Source of the DNA: Myxococcota bacterium
GTDB lineage: Bacteria; Myxococcota_A; UBA9160; UBA6930
DNA: 64,000 nt
NCBI GenBank assembly: GCA_965223705.1
Contig: OZ245015.1
Location: 4,320,001 to 4,384,000 of the forward strand
Direction: 5' to 3'
This document shows positions 9,935 to 19,788 of the stretch, piece by piece (position 1 is the first letter of the stretch; the number at the start of each line of letters is the position of its first letter). Made by a program: the position numbers and the translations under genes. The notes under the pieces were generated by a model. The model saw nothing but the letters and a program-made list of their open reading frames with translations, did no database searches and was not told the DNA's origin.

Positions 9935-10593
9935 TTGATTTGAATCGGAATCGGCAATCGCGCTTGTGCGCGCACCGGTCGACCCTGTTGCGTGGGCGGA
10001 GTGAACTTCCAGTCTCTGACTTCGGCGAGGATGAAGTTGTTGAAGTCGGGAAGCGTGGAAGAATCGAGCTGCACGTCCATGACGTCGCCGCCGGTGTCGA
10101 GCTTGACGAGCAGGACGACGCGCCCCTTGACTTTCTTTTTCAACAACCGACGCGGAAAGTTGAACCCCGAGACACCGATCGGTCGCGGCGTTTGATCGAG
10201 GCTTGAGAAATCGACGAAGTCCTCGGTTCCGAGATCGCGCGACGAAGTCCCGATCGTCGGCATCGCGAAGTCTCCCGCGAGCGATCCTCCCGTGCCGGGG
10301 TTGAGGGCGATATCGAGCTGGTCGAGCGAGAGCTGCGGCGGATCCTCTTCGAGCTCCGGCGGCGGCGGCTCTTCCTCAGGCGGGGGCAGTTCTTCTTCCT
10401 CGATTTCCTCGATGTCGGGCGGCGTGTACGCCATGACCATCTCATCGATCTCTCGGGTCGGCGGCTTGACCTTCCCCATCATCTGTACGAGGGCCATCAC
10501 CAAGAAGAGAACCACCGCGAAGAGCACCCCTGCCGCGAGGCCTGCGCGAGCCTCACCGGGGCGTTCGGGCAATCGAAACGTTCGCTTCGGCAT
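9931..10593 (-). CDS. tonB: Energy transducer TonB
   Basis: N-terminal TM helix, Pro/Glu-rich linker (LPPPEEEPPPPE), TonB_C domain. Confidence 0.9.
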   Translation of the reverse strand: MPKRTFRLPERPGEARAGLAAGVLFAVVLFLVMALVQMMGKVKPPTREIDEMVMAYTPPDIEEIEEEELPPPEEEPPPPELEEDPPQLSLDQLDIALNPGTGGSLAGDFAMPTIGTSSRDLGTEDFVDFSSLDQTPRPIGVSGFNFPRRLLKKKVKGRVVLLVKLDTGGDVMDVQLDSSTLPDFNNFILAEVRDWKFTPPTQQGRPVRAQARLPIPIQIN

Positions 10594-10603
10594 TGGGGGG
10601 CCC

Positions 10604-11008
10604 TCAGTCGTTTCGCGTTGAGAGGCTGATCTTCTTGGCCCCGGCGTTTTTGACTTCGCTCCAAACGTCGGAAAAAACGCCGTGGTCCGCGCGCGCGTCC
10701 GCCTGGATGATGACGGGCAACTCGTCGCGGGTGAGAAGCTGTTTCACTCGCGCGCCGACGCCCGAGACGCCGAGCTCGCGTCCGCCGTAAACCACTTTGT
10801 TGTCGGCGGAAACCGCGATGATGATGCTGTTCTTTTCGAGGTCTTCGTCCAAAACCGCGTCGGGTTTCGCGATCTCGACCCCCGGTTCTTCGACGAAGAC
10901 GGTCGTCACGATGAAGAAGATCAACAGGATGAAAATGCAGTCGATCATCGGAGACAGGTTGATCTCCGTTTCGGTATCCGGATCTTCGAGGACGCTTCTT
11001 CGGGCCAT
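10604..11008 (-). CDS. exbD: Biopolymer transporter ExbD
   Basis: [22 protein letters not shown] and IIQAD motifs. Confidence 0.93.
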   Translation of the reverse strand: MARRSVLEDPDTETEINLSPMIDCIFILLIFFIVTTVFVEEPGVEIAKPDAVLDEDLEKNSIIIAVSADNKVVYGGRELGVSGVGARVKQLLTRDELPVIIQADARADHGVFSDVWSEVKNAGAKKISLSTRND

Positions 11009-11311
11009 GATCTGACATCGAGGGTGGACGAAGGCGCGGGCGGGGCAAAGCCGCTTCGGGTGAAGAAGAAGTTACGTTTGGAAGAAGGCCGGCCGCGGCT
11101 TCCCGAATTGTGTGACGAAACCGCCCGACACACGCCTCCGAAAACCAACACCGAAAGCGCGTTCCGTTCGCCACACTGTGGTCCGTGCGAATCCATCGGT
11201 GGCAGTGGCGCCGAACGCACCATGGAGCGCACGGGGACCCCCAATCCCCGAAAGAACACTACGGACGGAAAACCCAAGCTAGGCGCCAAGACAGATACCG
11301 GAGCCCGAACC

Positions 11312-12079
11312 ATGTCACGCTGGTTTCTAGGCTTCCTGTTCGGCTTCACGTCGACGCTGATCGCCTTGACGATCGGGTCGCAGGAAGCCCAGGCTGCTTC
11401 ACTCAACTTCAACAGTCTCGCCAGCGGCGAGGTCGTCTCCACCCAGTTCGCTGGGCAAGGGGTGACGATCAGCGCCATCAACCCAAACCAACCGTTCGAC
11501 CTAGCCGTCGCTTTCGACGGGGACGACCCGGCGGCGGCCGCCGCCGACCCGGATCTGGTCGGTCCCTTTTCGAGCGGGAACCTCGCCGGGCAGGACGTGG
11601 GAAACCTGTTGATCGTCGCCGAGAACAACGTCGACGGGAACAGCGACGGATTGATCGACTCGCCGGATGATCAGGGCTCGGGTTCCGGCGCCACGTTCGT
11701 CCTCGACTTCGCGATGAGCGTCGCGAGCTTCGGTTTCGATCTCATCGACATCGACGCCGACGAAACCGGCGAGATCCGGCTCTTCGGAGCGAGCGGAGTG
11801 ACCTCCTTCCTCTTTCGGGACCTCCCCGGACCCACCGTGTTCGGCGACAACTCCGCGAACCGCGTCGACCCATTGATCGCCGGTTCGGAAGGTTGGGATC
11901 GCGTCGAAATCGAGCTGTCCCGCTCGGGCGCAATCGCGAACGTGAACTTCACCGTGGTTCCAGAGCCTGCGAGCGGGTTGGCTGTCGCCCTAGGGCTCGC
12001 CGGCCTGGCGGGCTGGCGGAGGCGAAGACTGCGCGCCGCCTCGCCAGCCCGCTCCGCACGGAACCCCCATTCTTCGTAG
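11312..12079 (+). CDS. PEP-CTERM sorting domain surface protein
   Basis: GGAG RBS, signal peptide (…QEAQA|A), C-terminal VPEPASGLAVALGLAGLAGWRRRR. Confidence 0.88.
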   Translation: MSRWFLGFLFGFTSTLIALTIGSQEAQAASLNFNSLASGEVVSTQFAGQGVTISAINPNQPFDLAVAFDGDDPAAAAADPDLVGPFSSGNLAGQDVGNLLIVAENNVDGNSDGLIDSPDDQGSGSGATFVLDFAMSVASFGFDLIDIDADETGEIRLFGASGVTSFLFRDLPGPTVFGDNSANRVDPLIAGSEGWDRVEIELSRSGAIANVNFTVVPEPASGLAVALGLAGLAGWRRRRLRAASPARSARNPHSS

Positions 12080-12095
12080 AAAAGGGTCACGCAGG

Positions 12096-12184
12096 CGCCC
12101 AGATCCCCGCAGGGCCTATTCCCCCAATCCCAATCCCATTTTCCGAATACCCTGTGGGGATCTGAGGCGTTCTGATCGCCTCAG
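12096..12184. repeat. Long imperfect inverted repeat with an overlapping alternative hairpin
   Basis: CGCCCAGATCCCCGCAGGGCCTATTC (12096-12121) pairs with GAATACCCTGTGGGGATCTGAGGCG (12145-12169); CTGAGGCG (12162-12169) can alternatively pair with CGCCTCAG (12177-12184). Confidence 0.7.
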
Positions 12185-12341
12185 TCCAACGCTTTTTCCC
12201 TCATCGGCTCGGCCATCTGTATAGAATGCAATCCGCCCTTCTCTGAGAGGCGTTTAGATAGATAGGTGCCGAGACCCGTGTCCCGAGGCGAATCCTCCGG
12301 GCGGAACGGTCCGGAAGCAATCATCAATAGGGGAACTCGTA

Positions 12342-13685
12342 ATGAAGCGACTCGCATTCTTCGCTGCGCTCGGCTCGATGCTCTTCGCGCTGTCAGCGCA
12401 AGCAGACGTCCAGCCCGGCGATGAAATCCGGTGGGACGATCGGGAAAAGGTCCGCGGCCTGCTCCCGGATGAGATCTTTCCGTATGTAGCCGAGGGCTAC
12501 AAAGACCTGTACATGCGGATTGTGCCGACCGGCGACTACACGCCGAACCAGAAGTACATCGAGGCCACCGTCAAATACGCCTGCCAGGCGACGGTGAACG
12601 ACAAGGGCGTTCTCGAGAACTACACCGCGGGCGAGCCCTTCCCGTACTCGAAGTGGTCGCAGGAAGCGACGAATCACTCGTGCGACCTCAAGGAAGACGA
12701 TCCGCAGTTCGCGATCAAGCTGGGCTGGAACTACAACTACCGCTGGCAAGGTGGCTCCGGCCTGAACCTCCCGCACTGGGGCTTCAGCTGGATGCGCAAC
12801 AACGGCAAAGAGCGCTGGCGCCTGGGCCAGGGCGAGTATCGCCGCACCTACTTCAGCCACCGGGCCGACCTGCTGCCCGACACCACGGTCCTCGAAGAGG
12901 GCACCGAAGTCGAATGGGCCGAGTTCTTCGACGTGAAGACGCCCTTCGACCTTCGCGGCACGATGTTCCTGCTCTACCGCTACGTGACCGACAAAGAGGA
13001 CGACACGTGGGCGTACATTCCGGCGCTGCGCCGCGTGCGCCGCATCGCGGCGACCCAGAAGTCGGACTCGCTGCTCGGCACGGAGTTCTCTCTCGAGGAC
13101 TTCTACGGAATGGCGGGCTACATCTGGAACCAGGCTTGGGAGTACGGTGGTACGACCACCAAGCTCGCGGCTTTCGGCGGAAGCAACGGGAACTACGGCC
13201 GCAAGTGCTGGAACCACATCATTCCGGACGACATGGGGCTCCAGGGTATGTCGCGCCTCGGCACCGACGAAGAGTGGGAGTACTGCAAGTTCGGTCCCTA
13301 CAACGCCATGGCGTGGCACGACGAAGACTGGCAGAAGCGCGAAGCTATCCAGCTCGACATCATTCCGCTGCAGAAGGGTCACCCCTACAGCCGGCGGAAG
13401 TTCTGGGTCGACCGCGAGACCTACACGCCCATGTATTTCATGGCGTATGACCGCGCGGGTCAGCCGTACAAGATCCTGAACGGTGGCCACCGCTGGAGCG
13501 AGGACAGCCCGATTCCGGACAATCACGGACGGCGCACCCTCAACTACTCGTTCATCGCCATCGCGAACGTGCAGAACGAGATCTCGCACACCGGTCAATT
13601 TGACAACGCGAGTTCTCCGCCGTTCAGCATTGCAGAGTCGAGGAAGTACTACGACACCACGCGCTTGAAGCGCCGCGGTCGCTAG
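12342..13685 (+). CDS. DUF1329 domain periplasmic protein (LolA-like superfamily)
   Basis: Signal peptide; GEPFP, DDTWAYIPALRRVRRI, HPYSRRKFWVDRET, YDRAG motifs. Confidence 0.85.
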   Translation: MKRLAFFAALGSMLFALSAQADVQPGDEIRWDDREKVRGLLPDEIFPYVAEGYKDLYMRIVPTGDYTPNQKYIEATVKYACQATVNDKGVLENYTAGEPFPYSKWSQEATNHSCDLKEDDPQFAIKLGWNYNYRWQGGSGLNLPHWGFSWMRNNGKERWRLGQGEYRRTYFSHRADLLPDTTVLEEGTEVEWAEFFDVKTPFDLRGTMFLLYRYVTDKEDDTWAYIPALRRVRRIAATQKSDSLLGTEFSLEDFYGMAGYIWNQAWEYGGTTTKLAAFGGSNGNYGRKCWNHIIPDDMGLQGMSRLGTDEEWEYCKFGPYNAMAWHDEDWQKREAIQLDIIPLQKGHPYSRRKFWVDRETYTPMYFMAYDRAGQPYKILNGGHRWSEDSPIPDNHGRRTLNYSFIAIANVQNEISHTGQFDNASSPPFSIAESRKYYDTTRLKRRGR

Positions 13686-13709
13686 TCCGACAACACTCGG
13701 CGAGAATCG

Positions 13710-13748
13710 AACCGGGCGTTCGCGAAAGCGGGCGCCCGGTTTTTCTTT
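13710..13748 (+). terminator. Intrinsic terminator after DUF1329 gene
   Basis: AACCGGGCGTTCGC-GAAA-GCGGGCGCCCGGTT followed by a T-rich tract; lies between convergent genes. Confidence 0.8.
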
Positions 13749-14568
13749 ACGTGCTCGGTACCGGCTGGCACACGGGGCACCAATACGTCGCGCGGGCGCT
13801 CTCCCCCGCCCGGCCCGCGCGAATTCGCGTTCCGCAGCGGGGACACGGCTGGCCCGCGCGCCCGTGCACATGCGTTCGTGCCTCTCCGCGCGCCAGTGGG
13901 CGGTCAGCGGTCACGGTACGCGTTGTCGTTCGCTTCCAGCCGCCGAGGTTGGCCTGAAGGAGCGCCCGGCCCCGGGTGAAGAGCGCCTCGACTTGCCGAT
14001 CGTCCAAGTTCGTCGGCGACGTCTCGGGGTGTAGGCCCGCCTCGAAGAGCAACTCGTTCCGGTATTCGTTGCCAAGGCCGCAAGCGACGGTCTGATCGAG
14101 CAGGAGGTCGGTCACGGTGTGCGGTGCTCGCAGACGTGCGCGCCGGGCAATCTCGTCGAAGCTCACGCGCTCGGCCAACAGGTCGGGTCCCAGGCGCCCG
14201 AGCCTTGGGTGGCCCACGACTTCAGTCTCCGTGAGAAGCTCCGCGACCATCGGTCGGAAACAAACGTGTACGTAGCCCTCGGTCGCGATACGTGTTCCGG
14301 CTTGGTAGGCCGGTCGTTCCCACGTCTCGCCGCTGCGGTAGCGATCCCAGCGCCCTTTCATCCCGAGGTGGACGTGGAGATTCCATCGACGCTCCGCCGC
14401 GATACCGACGAGCATGTGCTTGCCGCGCGTCTCGACGGCGTCGATCGTCGCGCCGACGAGGGGGGAGACATCGCCTCGATTCCGGAGCCAGATCCCCTCG
14501 AGCGAGCGACCGACGAGATCCCGCTCGAGCACGCGAGCGATCTTCAAAACGGTATCGCCCTCGGGCAC
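13747..14568 (-). CDS. nei: Fpg/Nei family DNA glycosylase / AP lyase (endonuclease VIII-like)
   Basis: GTG start giving (M)PEGDTV; RGKHML, HLGMKG, H2TH LLDQ...GLGNEY, zinc finger CPRC...CPVCQ. Confidence 0.9.
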   Translation of the reverse strand: MPEGDTVLKIARVLERDLVGRSLEGIWLRNRGDVSPLVGATIDAVETRGKHMLVGIAAERRWNLHVHLGMKGRWDRYRSGETWERPAYQAGTRIATEGYVHVCFRPMVAELLTETEVVGHPRLGRLGPDLLAERVSFDEIARRARLRAPHTVTDLLLDQTVACGLGNEYRNELLFEAGLHPETSPTNLDDRQVEALFTRGRALLQANLGGWKRTTTRTVTADRPLARGEARTHVHGRAGQPCPRCGTRIRAGRAGESARATYWCPVCQPVPST

Positions 14569-14570
14569 CG

Positions 14571-17500
14571 CTAGCGCTCGTCTCGTGCGAATCGCTCGAG
14601 AACGAGCCCTTTGTAGTCGGCGCGAAAACCGGCCTGGACGAACGCCTCGGAAAATTCCGATTCCCTCGCGGTCTCGCCGTCGATCTGTTCGATGCGCACC
14701 GCTTTTCGGCTGCGATCGCGAAAGAGCTGTGTCAATGCGCGCGCGGCTTGGGTGACGCGACCGACGGGGTCGAGCGCATCGCTCGCGAAAACGGAGACGC
14801 GCGCGCCGCCACGCTCGAGAAACAGCAGCGCCTCGCCGTCGTGGATCACCACGCACGCGCCGCTCGCACGGCGGGGTTTTCCCGCGCCGGGCCGGACCTC
14901 CGGCCAGGCGAGTGCGGCGCCGAAAGGGTTCGCCGGGTCGCAAGCCGCGAGGAGGCGCGGCGGGCTCTCAGCGTCGGATTCGCGACTGCCGCGCAGTCGG
15001 TCCACCGTGCCCACGTGCGCGAACTGAGCACCGACGAGCTCGTCGACGAAATGGCCGCGCCGAATCTTTCCCGCTTCTTCCATCGATCGAAACAGCGGAT
15101 AGAACGCGGTGAAGCCGCCGGACTGTGCCTCGATCGCCAGCATGTCGCGGCTCGCGATGCCGTGGCGGGCGAGAAGCATTTGCGCCCGCCCGTGGAGCCG
15201 CTCCGTCGGCTCGGGGCGTTTGGCAAAAAGGGGTTCGACGCGCGACCACCGGCCGACGGCGAGGTTTTGCGTGGCAGAACGTCGCGCCCTGCCCCGACCT
15301 CCCCGCGGCGCGCGCAATGCGCGGAGCGGGGCGAAGGTGTCGTTCGTGACGAGCCCCCACCACACCAGGTCCCACAGCGCGTCGAGGGTTCGCGCGGAGT
15401 CCGCTTCCGTCGCGGCGTCGAGGTCGGCGAAGAAACTCGCGCCGTTCGTTCCCAGGTGCGCGAGCAAGGCATCGTGAACCGGCTCCCTCTCGTCCGGCAA
15501 CTCCGGGGGATCGGCGAGGAGCGTCAATCGTTCTCGGCGGTAGAGCGCGATGCGGCCGTCTCGCTCGCCCAACGCTCCGCGACCGACCCAGACCAAGCGA
15601 CCTTCCGCACCGAGCTCGTCGAGCATGCGAGGATCGAAATTCGATACCCGAGCGGGGAGGATCCGTGTTTCGAGATCGCCGAAAGAGACCGGGAGCCCCT
15701 CGAGCTGGTCGAGCGCCGCGTCCACCCGAGGTGCTTCGGCTCCGATTCCGTGCCATGACGGAAGGAAGCGCGCGTAGGTGCGCGATTCGACAGGTGCGAC
15801 CTCGCCGCGAAGTTTCGCCAAGGTGCGGCGTCGGATTCTCCGCAAGACGTCGGCGTCGCAGTATTCCTGGTCCAATCCAGAAGGATGAAACTCGCCGACG
15901 AGGAGTTTCTCTCGCGACGCGAGGTCCGCGAGGAGCGTCTTCGCCTGAGCGGAGACCCAGGCATACCGTTCGGCCAAGGCCTCGGGAACGAACGGCCCGC
16001 GGTAGCGCGCGAAGCGCTGCACGAGTTGATCGAGCGGCCGAACGGTCTCCTCGAGAAAAGCCTCGGGCAGTCCGCGCGGGGGAACGACGCCGAGCGCGTC
16101 GCGATAGAGCGCCGTGTCTTCAGCAGCGATCCAACGCGCCGCGCCGCCGATCTTCACGGGGACGGCTCGCCTCGAGGCCTGAAGCTCCGCCAGCCAACCG
16201 GAAGCGTCGGCGTCGCAGCGCGCGAAGATCTCCTCTTCGGACAGATCGCCCAAGCGCCGGAGCAAGTCGTGAAGTCCGTCGAGATGGGTCACCTGGTATC
16301 CCGGAGCCGTACCCTGCAGCTCCGCTTCGACGTCCGCGATGACGTCGGCGTCGAGCAGCTCCCGGAGCTCTTCTTGTCCGAGCAGCTCCCGGAGCATGTG
16401 ACGATCGAGGGTGAGCGCTTGCGCCCTTCGCTCGGCGACCGGCGTATCTCCCTGATACAGATACGTCGCGGTGTAGGCGAACACCAAGGAACGCGCGAAA
16501 GGCGATGCCGACGGGGTTTCGACCTCATCGATCCGCAACGTGCGTTCGCCGATCTCGCGCAACAAGCCCGTCAGACCCGGCAGATCGAAGGTGTCCTGCA
16601 AGCAGCTCCGATACGTCTCGAGAATAATCGGGAAGGCCGGGTATTCGCGGGCGACCGCGAGCAAGTTCTGCGCCCGCAGGCGCTGCGTCCAAAGCGGGGT
16701 CCGCGCGCCGGGGCGGGCTCTCGGAAGCAGCAGCGCGCGCGCCGCGTTCTCTCGAAATTGTCCCGCGAAAAGCGCCGAATGACCGAGCTGCTCCACCACC
16801 AGGTCTTCGATTTCGTCGGGGTCTGGCAGCAGCAACGCGACGTCGGGCAGAACGTCCGCGTCCGCGAACCGCATGACGATGCCGTCGTCACTCCAGAGCG
16901 TCTGACACTCGAACCCCGTCTCTCGGGAAAGCCGCGCCTCGATCGCGAGGGCCCACGGCGCGTGGATTCTCGAGCCGAACGGTGACAGGATGCACAGCCG
17001 CCAATCTCCGAGTTCGTCGCGAAATCGCTCGACCGTGACACGCCGATCGGTGGGAAGGGTGCCGGTGGCGTCGATTTGTTCCGTCAGGTACGAGACGAGG
17101 TTGCGCGCGGCGTAGCCGTCGAGGTGGTGGGCTTCGCGCAAGAATTCCTCGGTGGCGTCGCGCGCGGCGTCTTCTCCCGACCCGATCCGCTCCCCCATCT
17201 CGCGAACGAACGCGCCGAGAGAACGCCCCAAAGTCACGGGGCGACCGGGCCCGTCGCCGCGCCAAAAAGGCAGCTTTCCGACTTCGCCCGGCGCGGGCGC
17301 GACGATGACGCGATCTCGGGTGATCTCGACGATGCGCCAGGTCGACGCACCGAGGGTCACCGTCTCGCCGGCGCGAGACTCGTACACCATCTCCTCGTCG
17401 AGCTCCCCGATCCGCGGTCCGGAATCGACGGTATGGACGGCGTAGAGCCCCCGGTCGGGAATGGTTCCGCCGGACAAGAGCGCGAGCTTGGCGGCGCCCT

Positions 17501-19007
17501 TGCGACCTTCGAGTACGTCGCGATCGCGGTCCCACACGATCCGCGGCCGAAGCTCGCCAAAATCCGTCGACGGATAGCGACCCGCCAGCATGTCGAGCAC
17601 TCCGGACAACACCTCGCGCGTGAGCCCGGCGTAGTTCGCCGCGCGGCGGACGAGTTGCTCCAAGTCGTCGACGGTCCACGCCTCGGTCGCGCACATCGCG
17701 ACGATGTGTTGGCTCAAGACATCGAGCGGCGAGTTCGGAACCGAGAGCGGTTCGACTTCGCCCGCTTCCATTCCGGTCGTCACAACGACCGCTTCGAGAA
17801 GATCGCCTCGGTGTTTCGGAAAGATCCTGCCGCGACTGGTCTCACCCACGGCGTGACCCGCGCGGCCGATCCGCTGCAGGCCGCGCGCGACGTCGCCGGG
17901 CGATTCGACGAGGAGCACCCGATCCACGGCGCCCATATCGATTCCAAGTTCGAGAGAACTGGTGGCGACGATCGCTCGCAAGCTTCCTGTCTTCAGCGCC
18001 TCCTCGATTTCTTTGCGCTTTCCGTGCGCCAAGCTTCCGTGGTGAGCGCGCACGAGATCGCGCTCTGCCAGCTCGTTCAATTTTTGAGCGAGCCGCTCGC
18101 AAAGACCGCGGCTATTGACAAAGACGATTGTGCTTCCATGCGCTTCGATCTCCGCCAGGATCTCGGGGTAGAGCACCGGCCACAAACTGGGAACCGGCGG
18201 CTCGCTGTCCCGCGCATAGAGCTCTCGGAGAATGGGCCCGGACGGTGGGCCGTCCCTTTCTACTGGACGCGGCTGAAAATCTGCGGGCCGGGTCATGTCG
18301 GGCACCGGTACCGAGACCTCGAGCTCGAGCTTCGGCGGTCGCGTCGCGTCGACGACAGCGACGCTCCGATCACCACCGAGAAACCGCGCGACTTCGGCGG
18401 GCGGCTTCGCCGTCGCGGAAAGGCCGATCCGCTGGGGATCGACCGCCGCTTCGTTCGCCACCCGTTCGAGGGACAACATGAGATGCGCGCCGCGTTTCGT
18501 CGGAGCCAACGCGTGGATCTCGTCGACGATGATGGTTTCGACCGTTCGCAGGGTCTCGCGTTGTTGCGAGCCGAGGATCAGGTAGAGGGATTCCGGCGTC
18601 GTGACGAGAATCTCCGCCGGGTTCCGCGCTTGCTGCTGCCGTTCCCGCTGCGGCGTATCTCCCGTGCGAACCGCGACCCGAGGCGTGCGAAACGGTGTCC
18701 CTAGGCCTTCGGCCGCCCGTGAGACGCCGACGAGGGGTGCGCGGAGATTTCTCTCGACGTCGTAGACCAACGCCTTGAGAGGCGAGACGTACAAGACCCG
18801 AACCCCGGGCGAGAGGTCTTCCCTCGCCTGACCCAATCGATCGATGCAGTAGAAGAACGCCGCGAGCGTCTTGCCGCTACCGGTCGGCGCGAGCAGGAGT
18901 GCGTGGCCGCCGAGTGCGATGCGCTCCCACCCGGCCTGCTGGACGGGCGTCGGTCCTTCGAAGTTGTCGGCGAACCAACGACGCGCCGCTTCGCTCAGGA
19001 AATCCAT
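14571..19007 (-). CDS. lhr: Lhr ATP-dependent helicase (long form with C-terminal winged-helix/glycosylase-like domain)
   Basis: APTGSGKT, DEIH, SAT, ATSSLELGIDMG, QRIGRAGH; 1478 aa; C-terminal DPANPFGAALAWP. Confidence 0.95.
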   Translation of the reverse strand: MDFLSEAARRWFADNFEGPTPVQQAGWERIALGGHALLLAPTGSGKTLAAFFYCIDRLGQAREDLSPGVRVLYVSPLKALVYDVERNLRAPLVGVSRAAEGLGTPFRTPRVAVRTGDTPQRERQQQARNPAEILVTTPESLYLILGSQQRETLRTVETIIVDEIHALAPTKRGAHLMLSLERVANEAAVDPQRIGLSATAKPPAEVARFLGGDRSVAVVDATRPPKLELEVSVPVPDMTRPADFQPRPVERDGPPSGPILRELYARDSEPPVPSLWPVLYPEILAEIEAHGSTIVFVNSRGLCERLAQKLNELAERDLVRAHHGSLAHGKRKEIEEALKTGSLRAIVATSSLELGIDMGAVDRVLLVESPGDVARGLQRIGRAGHAVGETSRGRIFPKHRGDLLEAVVVTTGMEAGEVEPLSVPNSPLDVLSQHIVAMCATEAWTVDDLEQLVRRAANYAGLTREVLSGVLDMLAGRYPSTDFGELRPRIVWDRDRDVLEGRKGAAKLALLSGGTIPDRGLYAVHTVDSGPRIGELDEEMVYESRAGETVTLGASTWRIVEITRDRVIVAPAPGEVGKLPFWRGDGPGRPVTLGRSLGAFVREMGERIGSGEDAARDATEEFLREAHHLDGYAARNLVSYLTEQIDATGTLPTDRRVTVERFRDELGDWRLCILSPFGSRIHAPWALAIEARLSRETGFECQTLWSDDGIVMRFADADVLPDVALLLPDPDEIEDLVVEQLGHSALFAGQFRENAARALLLPRARPGARTPLWTQRLRAQNLLAVAREYPAFPIILETYRSCLQDTFDLPGLTGLLREIGERTLRIDEVETPSASPFARSLVFAYTATYLYQGDTPVAERRAQALTLDRHMLRELLGQEELRELLDADVIADVEAELQGTAPGYQVTHLDGLHDLLRRLGDLSEEEIFARCDADASGWLAELQASRRAVPVKIGGAARWIAAEDTALYRDALGVVPPRGLPEAFLEETVRPLDQLVQRFARYRGPFVPEALAERYAWVSAQAKTLLADLASREKLLVGEFHPSGLDQEYCDADVLRRIRRRTLAKLRGEVAPVESRTYARFLPSWHGIGAEAPRVDAALDQLEGLPVSFGDLETRILPARVSNFDPRMLDELGAEGRLVWVGRGALGERDGRIALYRRERLTLLADPPELPDEREPVHDALLAHLGTNGASFFADLDAATEADSARTLDALWDLVWWGLVTNDTFAPLRALRAPRGGRGRARRSATQNLAVGRWSRVEPLFAKRPEPTERLHGRAQMLLARHGIASRDMLAIEAQSGGFTAFYPLFRSMEEAGKIRRGHFVDELVGAQFAHVGTVDRLRGSRESDAESPPRLLAACDPANPFGAALAWPEVRPGAGKPRRASGACVVIHDGEALLFLERGGARVSVFASDALDPVGRVTQAARALTQLFRDRSRKAVRIEQIDGETARESEFSEAFVQAGFRADYKGLVLERFARDER

Positions 19008-19026
19008 GGTCGGGGGGCGCCGTCAC

Positions 19027-19788
19027 TCACCACGTTGCGTCGGGCTCGGCTCGCGCGAGCACCTGCATCTCGGCGAGGAGGTGCCCCAAGTGCTCGGTGT
19101 GCCGGCCGGATCGGCCGTCGACGGCGACACTGTTTCCGCTCTCGGGGAGCTCGAGTGTCGCTTCCCGACATGTTCGCTCGACTTCGTCGCGCCAGGGCTC
19201 GGCGAGCGCGCGCACGTCGGGCCACCATCCCGCGCGAGCTGCCGCTTCGCCGATCGGATCCGCCGCAAAGAGCTCGCCGGTAAAGCGCCACAACCCGTCC
19301 AGTGCGGTTTGCGTGCGGCGATGACTCTCCTCGGTGCCGTCACCCAGCCGCAGCAACCACGAGCGGCTATGTCGCTCATGGAACGCCGCCTCTTTCGATG
19401 CTCCGCGTGCGAAGTCGGCGAGTTCTCCGTCGTCGCTTTCGGTCAGGTTGGAGAGCCAGAGTCGGTCGTAGACATCGAACAGATATTGACGAGCGATGGT
19501 GGCGGCGAAATCCCGGTTCGGTTGTTCGACGAGGACCGCGTTCCGGAAGGCCTCGGCGTCTCGCAAGAAGGCCAGCGCATCGGGGTTTCGACCCTCATCG
19601 TCGAACTTCGATGCGCGCTCGTAGAGCGCCTGGGCTTGGCCCAACAAATCGAGGGCGATATTCGCGAGCGCGAGTTCCTCTTCGAGGATCGGCGCGTGGC
19701 CGCACCACTCCGATAGGCGGTGGCCGAGAATCAGTCGATCGTCGGCCATACGCACGACACACTCAAAGCGAAGTTCCCGCTCTTTCAC
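19027..19788 (-). CDS. paaC: Phenylacetyl-CoA epoxidase subunit C
   Basis: ADDRLILGHRLSEWCGHAPILEEELALANIALDLLGQA; GRHTEHLGHLLAEMQ. Confidence 0.95.
   Translation of the reverse strand: MKERELRFECVVRMADDRLILGHRLSEWCGHAPILEEELALANIALDLLGQAQALYERASKFDDEGRNPDALAFLRDAEAFRNAVLVEQPNRDFAATIARQYLFDVYDRLWLSNLTESDDGELADFARGASKEAAFHERHSRSWLLRLGDGTEESHRRTQTALDGLWRFTGELFAADPIGEAAARAGWWPDVRALAEPWRDEVERTCREATLELPESGNSVAVDGRSGRHTEHLGHLLAEMQVLARAEPDATW

Noticed and set aside
10682..11311. Long N-terminal extension of the PEP-CTERM ORF
   Set aside because: Overlaps exbD antisense; RBS and signal peptide fit ATG 11312.
808..18704. Many long antisense/alternate-frame ORFs (e.g. 808-1596, 12393-13871, 14292-15758, 17076-18704)
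   Set aside because: They shadow well-supported genes, are Arg/Ala-rich without family motifs, and are expected in high-GC DNA.
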